Source: Bacillota bacterium (lineage in GTDB: Bacteria > Bacillota_I > Bacilli_A > RFN20 > CAG-826). Taken from it: a stretch of 64,000 bases of DNA. A program made the translations under genes and the position numbers. The stretch spans positions 286,963 to 350,962 of the forward strand of contig JAURFC010000001.1 in assembly GCA_030834445.1 (NCBI GenBank). Reading direction: 5' to 3'. This document shows, piece by piece, positions 47,950 to 57,877 of this stretch (the first letter of the stretch is position 1; each line of letters begins with the position of its first letter). Under the pieces are notes generated by a model that had not been told where the DNA came from, ran no database searches, and worked only from the letters and a program-made list of their open reading frames with translations.

Positions 47950-48764
47950 TAAGAAATCGTTTCAATCAACGAAGATAATTCGTTTTTTAACGGTTCATCG
48001 GTGAAGAATTGTAGAATCGGATTTAAATAACCTAACGTGATGACGCGCTTGGCTTCTTGTTTGGTAAGTCCACGTGAACATAAATAGAAAAGATGCTCAT
48101 CATTAACCTTACCAACCGTCGCCGCGTGCGAGGCTTCCACTTCATTTTCATCAATTTTTAAAATCGGATCAGCGCGACCCAAACAGGCGGGATCAAACAC
48201 CATGATTTTCGCGTTTTGATGCGTTTTAGAGTTTTTCGCACCATTAATAATATGGCCTGTTCCCGAAAATTGAAGGGTACTTTTTCCTTCCGTTACGCCA
48301 TAGTTTGTCATGTTGGCATACGTATCGCGTTCAGTATGGTGAAAACTGACCGAATAATACTTACGATCTTGATGGGTACTTAAGGCAGCTGTCCGCCATT
48401 CAAGGCGAGCTCCTCGTCCTAAAAGTTCGGCTTGAACGAGCATGCGACCTTTCCCTTGGGTGAAATCGGCTAGCGAGGCATCGAGTTCTACACCGGTATT
48501 CAACACGATGGTCAAGGATAAATTTTTATTCGCTTTCATCATCGCAATTTGTAAGGTTCCTTGTGCATATTCAGAGCATTCAAGGTGGAGATGTTTATTG
48601 GCATCAGCATTTAACAAAAGCAAATCAAAACGGGCATTGGGAGCAATCACAACATGCACTTCTTCAGTTGTTGTATCTTGTAAATCAACCGCAACAATTT
48701 GCGGGGTATCCAACTCCGGAATGTGATACACATTTTGGGTTGGTTTTAACGTCACTCGGCTCAT
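47949..48764 (-). CDS. sufD: Fe-S cluster assembly protein SufD (short form)
   Basis: The C-terminal SufBD signature is HLFYLCSRGLTKQEAKRVI. The protein is only 271 aa, whereas B. subtilis SufD is about 437 aa. Confidence 0.75.
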   Translation of the reverse strand: MSRVTLKPTQNVYHIPELDTPQIVAVDLQDTTTEEVHVVIAPNARFDLLLLNADANKHLHLECSEYAQGTLQIAMMKANKNLSLTIVLNTGVELDASLADFTQGKGRMLVQAELLGRGARLEWRTAALSTHQDRKYYSVSFHHTERDTYANMTNYGVTEGKSTLQFSGTGHIINGAKNSKTHQNAKIMVFDPACLGRADPILKIDENEVEASHAATVGKVNDEHLFYLCSRGLTKQEAKRVITLGYLNPILQFFTDEPLKNELSSLIETIS

Positions 48765-49606
48765 TTTTTACTCGCCTCATTGGTTGCACAAACCCCAATA
48801 GAAACAGTGTTCATACTAACCAGTTTTTCACCTTTTTGTTCTTTGGTAATGCGAATGCCATATTCTTTGGTTAACCATTCATAACCGGACCCATCAATCT
48901 TCGTAATAACTTCAGGTCCACCTTCAAGAGCGACACGACCATTGATCATCACAACGACCCGGGTGGGTTGAATCATTTGGAATAAGCGGGCGTAGTGAGA
49001 AATGATTAAAAAACTCATTTTTGTTTTCGCTTGAAGTTGTTTAATTGCATCTGCAACGGCTTGTAATGCATCCACGTCTAAACCGGAATCAATTTCATCT
49101 AGCATCGCGATTTCCGGTTGAAGTAAGAGTAACTGTAAAATTTCATTGCGTTTACGTTCCCCACCGGAAAAACCCTCGTTAAGATGGCGATGGGTTAAAT
49201 CCATGGGGATTTTCATTTGCTTCGATGCTTGTTCGAGTTGACGGTAAAGTTCTACGAGTGTAATCGGTTTTTCACGACGTACATTCATTGCCGCCTTTAA
49301 AAAGTCTGAGTTAATGACTCCAGGAACTTCCGAAGGATGTTGCATCCCTAAAAAAAGACCGGCTTTTGAACGTTCATCTACTTCCATTTCAAGGACGTTT
49401 TTTCCATCCAAGGTGATTTCTCCGGATGTAATTTCATATTTTGGATGTCCCATGATCGCAGAAAGTAAGGTGGATTTACCATGCCCGTTGGGGCCTAATA
49501 AAGCGACCGTTTCTTGATCAGAAATCGTGAGATTCACACCTTTTAATATTTCGATATCAAGGTCTTTAACCTTAACAAACAAATCTTTAATAACTAAAGT
49601 TGCCAT
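48761..49606 (-). CDS. sufC: Fe-S cluster assembly ATPase SufC
   Basis: Walker A is GPNGHGKST, the signature is FSGGERKRN and Walker B is LDEIDSGLD. A GGAGGA RBS lies 5 nt before the ATG at 49606. The protein is 281 aa. Confidence 0.9.
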   Translation of the reverse strand: MATLVIKDLFVKVKDLDIEILKGVNLTISDQETVALLGPNGHGKSTLLSAIMGHPKYEITSGEITLDGKNVLEMEVDERSKAGLFLGMQHPSEVPGVINSDFLKAAMNVRREKPITLVELYRQLEQASKQMKIPMDLTHRHLNEGFSGGERKRNEILQLLLLQPEIAMLDEIDSGLDVDALQAVADAIKQLQAKTKMSFLIISHYARLFQMIQPTRVVVMINGRVALEGGPEVITKIDGSGYEWLTKEYGIRITKEQKGEKLVSMNTVSIGVCATNEASKK

Positions 49607-49625
49607 ACATTTCCTCCGATACATC

Positions 49626-49654
49626 ATTGTAATCTAATCAATCCACTGACTCAA
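49626..49654 (-). promoter_or_regulatory. Putative sigma-A promoter of the suf operon
   Basis: On the minus strand a -35 TTGAGT, a 17-nt spacer and a -10 TACAAT lie about 20 nt upstream of the sufC RBS. Confidence 0.45.
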
Positions 49655-49747
49655 ACATTATGTTATGATAAGTTGCTGTTATTTTGTTGCGACTTTAGTT
49701 GAATCTTTCCCTCAACTTATTTTTGTATCGTATCCAAGAAATAAATG

Positions 49748-49776
49748 TTGAAGTTCACTAGGTAAAATAATAAAAT
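49748..49776 (+). promoter_or_regulatory. Putative sigma-A promoter of the lipoprotein operon
   Basis: A -35 TTGAAG, a 17-nt spacer and a -10 TAAAAT precede a GAGGAGGA RBS at 49791-49798. Confidence 0.45.
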
Positions 49777-49810
49777 AATTATGCTTTGTTTAGAGGAGGA
49801 TTCTAAAGAA

Positions 49811-51514
49811 ATGAATCGAACGAAACTAACGATTGCCACTCTCGCCCTCGTTTCCTTAGTTTCATTATCCGCGTGTTCGAACCCTGTGACCGAAAATACT
49901 GACGGTCTTGTGGTGACGATTACGGGTGAAAATGGTGAAACATTTGGTTACAGTGCTGATGATTTATTTGGCCAATATCGTGGCAACCAAACAGGGGTTG
50001 CTAAATTTGTTGAAGCGATTACGGAAGTCGTGATCCGTAACGAAATTAACCAAGAAGATGCCGCGACCACTGCGTTGCGTAATGAACTTTTGGGGAAAGC
50101 AGAAAACCGTGTCGATGGGGTTAAAGAACAAGCCCGTTCTAACGCGGATGCAAACAACACGAATTACAATGACGAACTTGACACTTTATTAAATAGTTAT
50201 GATGTCGAAGATCTTGAAGAACTCAAAGATTACTTCGCCTATCAACTTATGCAAGAAGAAGTCGAAGATCGTTTCTATGACAATAATAAAGAAGGATTCC
50301 TCGTGGGCGATGACTTTGGTCCTGGCTATCTTGAAGAACGCCTTCCTTACCACGTCAAACATATTTTAGTGAAAGTTTCTGCAGCCGGGGGTGACCTGTA
50401 CAATGGTCGCATCACGAGCGGTGAAGCCCGTAAGCTTTTCACTGTTGCCCGTCGTCTAGCGAACCAATTCAACGGGGAAACCTTTGGTGAAGTTGCTCGC
50501 GAAATGTCGGAAGACACAGGTTCTGCCGCGAACTTCGGGGATTTAGGCATTATGTCCAAAGCCACGAGTTTCGTAAACGAATTCAAATTAGGACTCTATG
50601 CCTTCGATGCGATCTTCAATCAAAATCAAGAAGTTACCTCCAACGCCGATAAGTTAGAAGTCCCAGAAGATGCGGTTAGTTTCTTTGAAAATTTAGGATT
50701 AGGTACCATTCCTTTCTACGCCTTCGAAGAATTAAACCGTCTTGCCGATATCACCAAAGATGAAAACGGTGATCCCGTGAATAACAATGATCCACTTTAT
50801 TATCCTCGTAACGTCCTCTTCAATAAGTTTTTTAATCGTCATAACGTTTCTGTGATTACTCCAGAAGGCCTAGAAGGAGATTACACTCTACCAGGCTTCA
50901 ATTCGGTTGAGGAATTAGACAACGAAACGGTGCTTACAGATGAACAAGGTCGCGTCATTCTTGCAGTTCGAGCCGGTACTGGTTCGGGTGAAGGCGGTTA
51001 CCAAGGTATTCACTTTATTGTGGTTGAACGCTCTGCGCTCATCGATACCGTCAATGATGTTAATTTACAAGATTACTACACTACAGAAATTCCCGGGACG
51101 GCAAACTATCCAAAAGATCCAGAAACAGGCGAAGACTTAGTCACCTTTGTGAACTATAAAGTCACCACCACCGCTAACTACAAAGAACGTGCGGAAACTG
51201 TAAATAGTGAAATTCGTAACTTCGACGCTCACTTCAACTTCCGTATGCTTGAATCGCTCATTGATAGCCAAGCGGTAAGTTTTGTGGATGAAGAATTAGA
51301 AAGTGCCGTCTTAAATTACATGCGTGTCACGCGTGAAAGTGCTCAATTTGATGCTGACTTACAAGCGGCTAATAACTGGAATACCTTCATCGAATTCTTA
51401 AGTTATCAAGAATTCCAACGTGCGCGTCTTGTGGATGAAGAATGTGCCTACGCTTACTCCACCAATGTGAATGGATTATTCAATGAAGGAGGCCTTTGCT
51501 ATGTCGCTCAATAA
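49811..51514 (+). CDS. Large acidic lipoprotein with a parvulin-type PPIase (PrsA-like) domain
   Basis: The lipobox is LVSLSAC. The central domain HVKHILVKVSAAGGDLYNG...SEDTGSAANFGDLGIMSKATSFVNEFKLGLYAF resembles the PrsA/parvulin signature. The protein is 567 aa with long D/E-rich flanks. Confidence 0.65.
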   Translation: MNRTKLTIATLALVSLVSLSACSNPVTENTDGLVVTITGENGETFGYSADDLFGQYRGNQTGVAKFVEAITEVVIRNEINQEDAATTALRNELLGKAENRVDGVKEQARSNADANNTNYNDELDTLLNSYDVEDLEELKDYFAYQLMQEEVEDRFYDNNKEGFLVGDDFGPGYLEERLPYHVKHILVKVSAAGGDLYNGRITSGEARKLFTVARRLANQFNGETFGEVAREMSEDTGSAANFGDLGIMSKATSFVNEFKLGLYAFDAIFNQNQEVTSNADKLEVPEDAVSFFENLGLGTIPFYAFEELNRLADITKDENGDPVNNNDPLYYPRNVLFNKFFNRHNVSVITPEGLEGDYTLPGFNSVEELDNETVLTDEQGRVILAVRAGTGSGEGGYQGIHFIVVERSALIDTVNDVNLQDYYTTEIPGTANYPKDPETGEDLVTFVNYKVTTTANYKERAETVNSEIRNFDAHFNFRMLESLIDSQAVSFVDEELESAVLNYMRVTRESAQFDADLQAANNWNTFIEFLSYQEFQRARLVDEECAYAYSTNVNGLFNEGGLCYVAQ

Positions 51515-53081
51515 AACCTTTAAAACGCTTGGTCTTGCGTTAACGGGTGCATTCCTTGTCGGCTGCACAACGATTACAGCAACCCCCACCGACAATGAAG
51601 AAAACATTCTCAATGGGTTAGTTACCGATTTAGAAAAAAACGTGGTTTCTGTGGTTTATGATGCCATTCGTGACCAAGGAACGATCAATCAAAAAACCTT
51701 AGAAGATGTCCTCTTCCTCATCGCCGAAAATCGCTTTGGTGACTATGAAACCTTACAAGCATCAACCGATGAAGCGGATATCCTTTTTGTGGAAAAAGTC
51801 GAACGTCGTATTAACGAACGTATGTATGACTTAATCTCTTCGGGTCAATTTGAAACACGCAACTTATTTTCGGAACGTCGCTTTGCTTACTCGATTGAAA
51901 AACAACTTTACACCTTAAATCGTTCCGAAAACGATCCATGGGTTGAAGACTTTGTTTTTCCTCCTAAGAATCAAGTAGCCATCTCTTCGGGCGCCATTCT
52001 TGATGAAGCAATTCATTTAGACTATTACGAATCCTATATCTTAGGGAGTGTGATTCCACGTATTTACCGTGAATTACTCGTTGAGGAATACTTAATCGCC
52101 GAAGACTATGCTTCCTTAGGTCGTACGTACGCTCGTAAAGTCAACTACATTGGTCTGAAGGTTTCTACCGAAAACCCAGAATCCGTGAAGTACTTAATGG
52201 ATACGTTCATCGACCGCTTTATCCTTGATGCAGATGCCGAACCGGTTGCAGACTTAGAACTCTTAGCCCGAGCATGGCGCGGTATCGATGATGAAGGAAA
52301 TATCTTCGCTGAAGGATCGCCTGAATATAACTTACTCAGCGATACGGGTTTACTCGACTTCGGCATTGACGGTGAATATAACGAAGGCGATACGTACAAA
52401 ACCCTTTATGGTGAAATCCTTAAACGCTTTGAAAAGATTAAAGAAAATCCACGTTTAACCGACAAAGCCGTCGAAGATGAATTTACCGGTAACGGTCAAT
52501 ACACCCCAGAAATCGGTTTAGAACTTAAACGTCGTGAATTACTCAAACGTGACTTTACCACGGATGGTTGGTCGATTAAGAATGGTGGATTAGGTTCCTT
52601 ACCTTCTGCGATTCGTGACCGTGTTTACAACATTGGTGTTGCCAACGCCATCGATCGTATTGACGATGAAATGGATGATGTGGAAAACCCAGAAACCTCG
52701 GACTTCTTACGTAAAATTAACGGCGTGAGCTACTTAATCCCGCAAAGTTCACAACAAAACGATGCGCGTAACTTCTTACTCTATGATGCCAGCAGCCAAA
52801 CCTACTTTGTGGTGCAAATCTTAGAAGCCGTGAATACAACCAAAATGAACGCTTCTGAAGCTTCCACCACCAACTATGATGCCTTAACCGGAAGTGATGA
52901 AAAACGTTTAGAAATCGCCAGCGAAATTGCCAAGATTCTTGGGGTTCGTGAAGCGAATAATAACGCCTCCACCTTACACTGGTTACGACTTGCAGACATT
53001 AAGTTCCATGATCAAGATATTTATGATTTCTTCGTGGAACGTTACCCCGATCTCTACGGGGAAGATGCGACGAACAATTAA
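51501..53081 (+). CDS. Large acidic lipoprotein of unknown function
   Basis: The lipobox is GAFLVGC. A GAAGGAGG RBS lies 7 nt before the ATG at 51501, and the gene overlaps the upstream gene by 14 nt. The protein is 526 aa with no recognisable catalytic motif. Confidence 0.6.
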   Translation: MSLNKTFKTLGLALTGAFLVGCTTITATPTDNEENILNGLVTDLEKNVVSVVYDAIRDQGTINQKTLEDVLFLIAENRFGDYETLQASTDEADILFVEKVERRINERMYDLISSGQFETRNLFSERRFAYSIEKQLYTLNRSENDPWVEDFVFPPKNQVAISSGAILDEAIHLDYYESYILGSVIPRIYRELLVEEYLIAEDYASLGRTYARKVNYIGLKVSTENPESVKYLMDTFIDRFILDADAEPVADLELLARAWRGIDDEGNIFAEGSPEYNLLSDTGLLDFGIDGEYNEGDTYKTLYGEILKRFEKIKENPRLTDKAVEDEFTGNGQYTPEIGLELKRRELLKRDFTTDGWSIKNGGLGSLPSAIRDRVYNIGVANAIDRIDDEMDDVENPETSDFLRKINGVSYLIPQSSQQNDARNFLLYDASSQTYFVVQILEAVNTTKMNASEASTTNYDALTGSDEKRLEIASEIAKILGVREANNNASTLHWLRLADIKFHDQDIYDFFVERYPDLYGEDATNN

Positions 53082-53107
53082 CACGTTCGCATAAACAAGG
53101 TATGATA

Positions 53108-53140
53108 AAGGAGAGGACTTCCTCTCCTTTTCCTTTTCTT
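53108..53140 (+). terminator. Rho-independent terminator after the lipoprotein pair
   Basis: The hairpin AGGAGAGGACTTCCTCTCCT is followed by TTTTCCTTTTCTT. Confidence 0.65.
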
Positions 53141-53153
53141 GGAGGTAGTGATT

Positions 53154-53564
53154 ATGTGTGTATTTTGCCAGATTATTGAGGGAAAAATCCCTGCGACCAA
53201 AGTGTATGAAGATGATGCGGTTATCGCATTTTTAGATATCGCACAAACCACGAAAGGTCATTCGCTTGTCGTTCCAAAGAGACATTATGATTTCTTTTTA
53301 AAAACACCCAAAACCATCATGCATCGTGTCATGGATGTCGCCCAACGCATTGGTCAAGCACAATTACAAACACTTCATGCCAAAGGCGTTAATGTTTTAA
53401 CGAATAACCTTGAAGCGGCGGGTCAAACGGTGTTTCATTTTCACGTTCACGTGATTCCGCGTTATGATGCGCGCGATAAACTTCAACTGGAAATGCATGA
53501 AAATGAAAATCGACACGATTTAAATCTCCCGGCGATTGCCCAACAATTAAAAACCAAACTTTAA
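53154..53564 (+). CDS. hit: HIT-family (histidine triad) nucleotide hydrolase
   Basis: The histidine triad is HFHVHVIP. A GGAGGT RBS lies 7 nt before the ATG at 53154. The protein is 136 aa. Confidence 0.85.
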   Translation: MCVFCQIIEGKIPATKVYEDDAVIAFLDIAQTTKGHSLVVPKRHYDFFLKTPKTIMHRVMDVAQRIGQAQLQTLHAKGVNVLTNNLEAAGQTVFHFHVHVIPRYDARDKLQLEMHENENRHDLNLPAIAQQLKTKL

Positions 53565-53565
53565 G

Positions 53566-54495
53566 TTATTTCTTTTTATAAAACGACCGATCATCAAACG
53601 TAAAAAGGCGAGGTGTAAATGAATCGGGTTCGGTGGTTGATAAGGCTTTATCAATCATTGTCATTTTGGCATCCAAGTCATCCACCATGTGAACGAGTAA
53701 TGCTTCTTTGGTTAAGGGAGGGACGGCGGAACCAAATTCCGGTTTACCATGATGAGACAACACAATATGTTGTAAAAGCATCACTTTTTCACGCGGTAAT
53801 TGGAGTTTTTCTCCCATCGCAAAAATTTCTCCTGCCATGTAATGAATATGACCAATGAGTTTTCCTTCGGTGGTATATTTGGCAACAATCGGGGAGGAAA
53901 ACTCGATGGTCTTGCCTAAATCATGTAAAAGAATGCCACTAATAACGAGGTCACGGTCAAAGGGCGGATACGTTTTCATCATGAATTCGGCGATATGAAT
54001 CATCGAAAGCGTATGATAAATCAAACCAGAGGTAAATTCATGGTGATTACGAACGGCCGCAGGATACACAATAAATTTGTCGTAATATTTTTGAATGAGT
54101 GTATCCACCAACGTGCGATAATCCGGATCTTCGATCGAAGCAATTAATGTTTTTAAGGTCGCTTCCATCTCGGCAAGGGGTAATGGAGCCGATAAGGTAA
54201 ATTCAGAAAGGGTAACCGTTTCCGGATTAAGCTTTTGCACCCGTTCGATTTTTAATTGTAAATTACCTCGATAGGACAAGACGTCGCCATTAACTACATA
54301 AAATGCAGCCGGTTCAAGTAATTGTTCTAGACTGGGGGTGACATCCCAATACTTGGCTTCAATCGTGCCGGTTTTATCTTGTAAGGACAAGGTAAGATAC
54401 GGTTGTCCGGCATTCGTTACGCCTTTAGAAACTTGCGTTAATAATGCAGAAAATTGAACACTTTGTCCTTCTTTTAAATCTTTAATTTGTATCAT
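53566..54495 (-). CDS. yhaM: 3'-5' exoribonuclease YhaM (OB-fold + HD domain)
   Basis: An N-terminal OB fold is followed by the HD motif ILLHDLGK and LSHHGKPEFGS. The protein is 309 aa. Confidence 0.8.
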   Translation of the reverse strand: MIQIKDLKEGQSVQFSALLTQVSKGVTNAGQPYLTLSLQDKTGTIEAKYWDVTPSLEQLLEPAAFYVVNGDVLSYRGNLQLKIERVQKLNPETVTLSEFTLSAPLPLAEMEATLKTLIASIEDPDYRTLVDTLIQKYYDKFIVYPAAVRNHHEFTSGLIYHTLSMIHIAEFMMKTYPPFDRDLVISGILLHDLGKTIEFSSPIVAKYTTEGKLIGHIHYMAGEIFAMGEKLQLPREKVMLLQHIVLSHHGKPEFGSAVPPLTKEALLVHMVDDLDAKMTMIDKALSTTEPDSFTPRLFTFDDRSFYKKK

Positions 54496-55282
54496 CTTCC
54501 CCTTCTCCTAACCATTGTTGAATCTTAGACATAGTATACCCTTTTGAACGCATATAGGCGATGATCCGTTGTTGTAAGGCTCGACCTTGATGTTTAGAAG
54601 CATAGCGTTTTTTAGCGAGTAAAAATACCTTTTTTCCATGCGCCTCCGTTTGTTCATTTTCTTCTAGTGAAATACTGTCGAGAGTTTCGATAATTAAGGC
54701 ACTTTCAAAACCTTTGGATAATAACGCTTGATACACGCGTTGTTTTTGCTCTTGGAGCGGAAGATGGCGAACTTTTTTTAATAGCATGGGAAGGTGCCGT
54801 TGAATTTTTTCGTCTTCATTCGCTGGTTTAAGTGAGGTTTTGATGAGGATTTCATCAAAGCCTTTTTGATGAAGTTTTTGCGCGATGGCATGGTAACCCA
54901 CGTGTTTTTCATGAAAATACTCCATCCATTCTTGAATGAGTTGGGCATCATTAATGAGTCCGTACCCTTTGTATTCTTGGATTAAAGCTTCTACTTGATA
55001 GCGCAACGCTTTACGTTGATACAGTTTGTCACGGATTTGTTTTTCACTGTATCGTCCACGGGCAAACATATGTTGTAAGTACGCATGGAACGGATCGAGT
55101 AATGCCGCTTCTTCCAGTGCCGATACTTCTTTGGCGGATAACGTTTTTCCAGCGTAAACATAAAATTGACTGTAGCTACGCTCACTTAATTGCAACGTCG
55201 ATGCATCGTCAAAGGTAAGGGTGATTACCTTTTTTTTAAAGGTGACTTGTTGAATCGTTTTACCAGTATTGGCGGAGGGCAC
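54482..55282 (-). CDS. recX: RecA regulator RecX
   Basis: The 266-aa product has three-helix repeat architecture with YSEKQIRDKLYQRK. It has a GTG start that overlaps the upstream gene by 23 nt. Confidence 0.6.
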   Translation of the reverse strand: MPSANTGKTIQQVTFKKKVITLTFDDASTLQLSERSYSQFYVYAGKTLSAKEVSALEEAALLDPFHAYLQHMFARGRYSEKQIRDKLYQRKALRYQVEALIQEYKGYGLINDAQLIQEWMEYFHEKHVGYHAIAQKLHQKGFDEILIKTSLKPANEDEKIQRHLPMLLKKVRHLPLQEQKQRVYQALLSKGFESALIIETLDSISLEENEQTEAHGKKVFLLAKKRYASKHQGRALQQRIIAYMRSKGYTMSKIQQWLGEGEDDTN

Positions 55283-56426
55283 GAATATATACCTTTTTTA
55301 AATTTTCATAAAACGTCTCTAAGGAGTAGTAGTCCACTGCCTTGTGCGCTTGGTCAATGACTTTTTGTAAGGCAGCAGGTTCAAGTTGCATCACGGCTGC
55401 AATCGCGTTAGCAAACTCTTCGGGACGATCGACAAAGAAACCTGTTTTTCGGTCGTGAATAAGACTTGCGAGATTTTCATCAAATCGACACAATACCACC
55501 GTGGAACTCGCCATCGCTTCCATAAACGTTAGACCTTGGGTTTCCGTAACGGAAGCAGAAAGAAAGAGGTCCGCAAGATTGTAATAGTATGGGACATCTT
55601 GAATCGGGACGGCACCGACAAAATGCATATGATCATCAAGGTGAAGGGATTGGGCTAAGCTTTCTAGATGATGACGCTCAGGTCCATCACCTACAATGAT
55701 TAAACGAGCAGCAACATGATCCGGACGTTTTAAGTATTCGGCGAATCCTCGCACAAGATGGTCTACACTTTTTTCTTTGGCCAAACGGCCTAAAGAAAGG
55801 AAGATTCTTTCATTCTTCGGGTTTATTTTTTGCTCGAACTCTTGATATTTTTCTATCGATAAATTTGCTTTTTTGAAACGTGAAAAATCAATGCCTGTCG
55901 GAACAATATTGATGTAACGATCTGCCCCATAACTGCGAATCTTGTCTTTAGTTTTCGCGGAAGGCGCAATAAATTCAGTACATTGTTCGGCAAGGGACTT
56001 GGAAAAGGTTTTCACCACACGGTTCACTAGGCCCCTAAAGATGCCGGCATAATGCGTATAGTCTTCATACATCGTATGATACGTCAACACTAAGGGACGA
56101 TTTAATGCCACACTCATGATTTTCCCAAAGATGCCAATACCCGCATCCGTATGAATATGAATGAGATCAGGTTGCCATTTTTTAATAAGGGTGTACGCTT
56201 TCGCACTAAAAAAAGAGGACATCCGATACCCATAAAGTTTCTTGAGTTCAATCCCAGGAATGCGAATCATTCCCTCTTTTTCTTCAATGATGTTGGAGAA
56301 AGGGTTGGTCGTAATCACTAAGACCTCATGACCATGGTCTTTCATCACCTTGGCATGATGTTGAACACTGACGGAAACCCCATTAATTTCGGGAGGAAAG
56401 GTATCGGAAAAATAAGCAATTCGCAT
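55260..56426 (-). CDS. GT4-family glycosyltransferase (CpoA/alMGS-like glycolipid synthase)
   Basis: The N-terminus is MRIAYFSDTFPPEINGVS. The C-terminal GT-B domain carries the E..(7)..E-like motif region ...TETQGLTFMEAMAS. The protein is 388 aa. Confidence 0.7.
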   Translation of the reverse strand: MRIAYFSDTFPPEINGVSVSVQHHAKVMKDHGHEVLVITTNPFSNIIEEKEGMIRIPGIELKKLYGYRMSSFFSAKAYTLIKKWQPDLIHIHTDAGIGIFGKIMSVALNRPLVLTYHTMYEDYTHYAGIFRGLVNRVVKTFSKSLAEQCTEFIAPSAKTKDKIRSYGADRYINIVPTGIDFSRFKKANLSIEKYQEFEQKINPKNERIFLSLGRLAKEKSVDHLVRGFAEYLKRPDHVAARLIIVGDGPERHHLESLAQSLHLDDHMHFVGAVPIQDVPYYYNLADLFLSASVTETQGLTFMEAMASSTVVLCRFDENLASLIHDRKTGFFVDRPEEFANAIAAVMQLEPAALQKVIDQAHKAVDYYSLETFYENLKKVYIRALRQYW

Positions 56427-56427
56427 C

Positions 56428-57759
56428 TTACTTTTTCGTTTTCCTTTCGATTTCTTTGGTCGTCATTTCTCGGCCATGACGATCCACTTTTCTGCGTTTG
56501 AAGCCAAAGAAATCTCGCGCCATTTTTGACATGCGATGTTGGAAATTGACCGTTTTCATTTCTTGAGTATTCATCATAAATTCCGAAGTTTGACGACGAA
56601 ATTCAATCGTTTCACGTTGAATATCGACAAAGGATTTTTGTTGAGCATCCAAGAAGGCTTCTTTCGAACCAAAGCGGTACACCACCAAGGTAATCGCCCC
56701 TAAAATTAACATTAAATAAAAGGTAACGCCACGCCAAATAAGTTGGGGTGCGATCGTTTGAGAATAACCCCCAAATAAACTTGCGAATAAATACGAGAAG
56801 AAAAATTCAGAAAAGCCAACTGCCCCCGGAAGCGGAACAAACGCGACAATGACTTGTAAATAGGCAGACATAAAAATGCCATCAAAAAGATTAGAATTGC
56901 CTAAATTAATCGTGGGAAAGGCAAGCGCCGATACGTAAGGAATGGCATTGGCAATAACCATGCGAACAAAGAACATAATGAGTAAAACCCATGTTACGGC
57001 TTTGTTAGCCTGTAATCGTTTTAATTCAATACGAAAGTTTTCAATTTGTAATTGAAGATTGGCTTTAACGGTGTCAGGATTTTTAATGATTTTCATCTTC
57101 CCCAGTAAGGTCACAATGCCATTAATGAGAACGTTGTGGATAAACTTGGAGCGGGCTAAAAGTAAAATGCCAAAAATAATTAAAAAATTAATACCAAATC
57201 CTATAAGTGATAACGAAACGATGGGAATACGGACATCCCCAATGACGACACTTTCGATTTGCGAGGCGAATTGTTGAAAGCGAAAAACAAGCGCTAATAC
57301 ACCAAAAAAGACTTGAGCAATTTGATAAAGAAGAAAATGCATGACAAGAATCGAAGCCGCATTCGCTAAGTCTAAACCTTGTTTTTTAAACGTATACGCT
57401 TGAGCAAATTGTCCCCCCGAACTTGAGGGCGTTATATGGGAAAAGAAAATCCCAATGAAAAAATTACCGATGCCTTTTCGCAAGTTATAACGGGTAGTGT
57501 AGAGCCGCGCAAGGATAAATAAGATGGTTGATTCAATGAGGACCACAGCGGCCATCATCAATAAAATACCGGCAATGACCCAGGCATTGGCTTGCGAGAA
57601 TGCTTCTAAAACGGCATTGAGGTTATCATCGGTAAAAAGCGTGAAGGCCGTAAAACCAATCGCAACCAAAAAGATGAACGTAAGATTAAGAACATATCGC
57701 CGATTTTTTTTCGGTTTTTTTGGGGAGGTAATATCTTCCGATATTTGTGTGGGTTCCAT
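56428..57759 (-). CDS. UPF0104/LPG-synthase-TM-family integral membrane protein (putative flippase)
   Basis: The 443-aa protein has about 8 TM helices and a charged C-terminal tail. Its stop lies 1 nt from the GT4 start. Confidence 0.5.
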   Translation of the reverse strand: MEPTQISEDITSPKKPKKNRRYVLNLTFIFLVAIGFTAFTLFTDDNLNAVLEAFSQANAWVIAGILLMMAAVVLIESTILFILARLYTTRYNLRKGIGNFFIGIFFSHITPSSSGGQFAQAYTFKKQGLDLANAASILVMHFLLYQIAQVFFGVLALVFRFQQFASQIESVVIGDVRIPIVSLSLIGFGINFLIIFGILLLARSKFIHNVLINGIVTLLGKMKIIKNPDTVKANLQLQIENFRIELKRLQANKAVTWVLLIMFFVRMVIANAIPYVSALAFPTINLGNSNLFDGIFMSAYLQVIVAFVPLPGAVGFSEFFFSYLFASLFGGYSQTIAPQLIWRGVTFYLMLILGAITLVVYRFGSKEAFLDAQQKSFVDIQRETIEFRRQTSEFMMNTQEMKTVNFQHRMSKMARDFFGFKRRKVDRHGREMTTKEIERKTKK

Positions 57760-57877
57760 ATCGCAAACGTATTATAGCATATTCTCTTGAACACGCTTTT
57801 AATTGTTCCAATTCCTACGTGTTTTTTCTACCATTAGACGAACAAAAGTGTATAATATTTTTTAGTCGCTAAAAACC

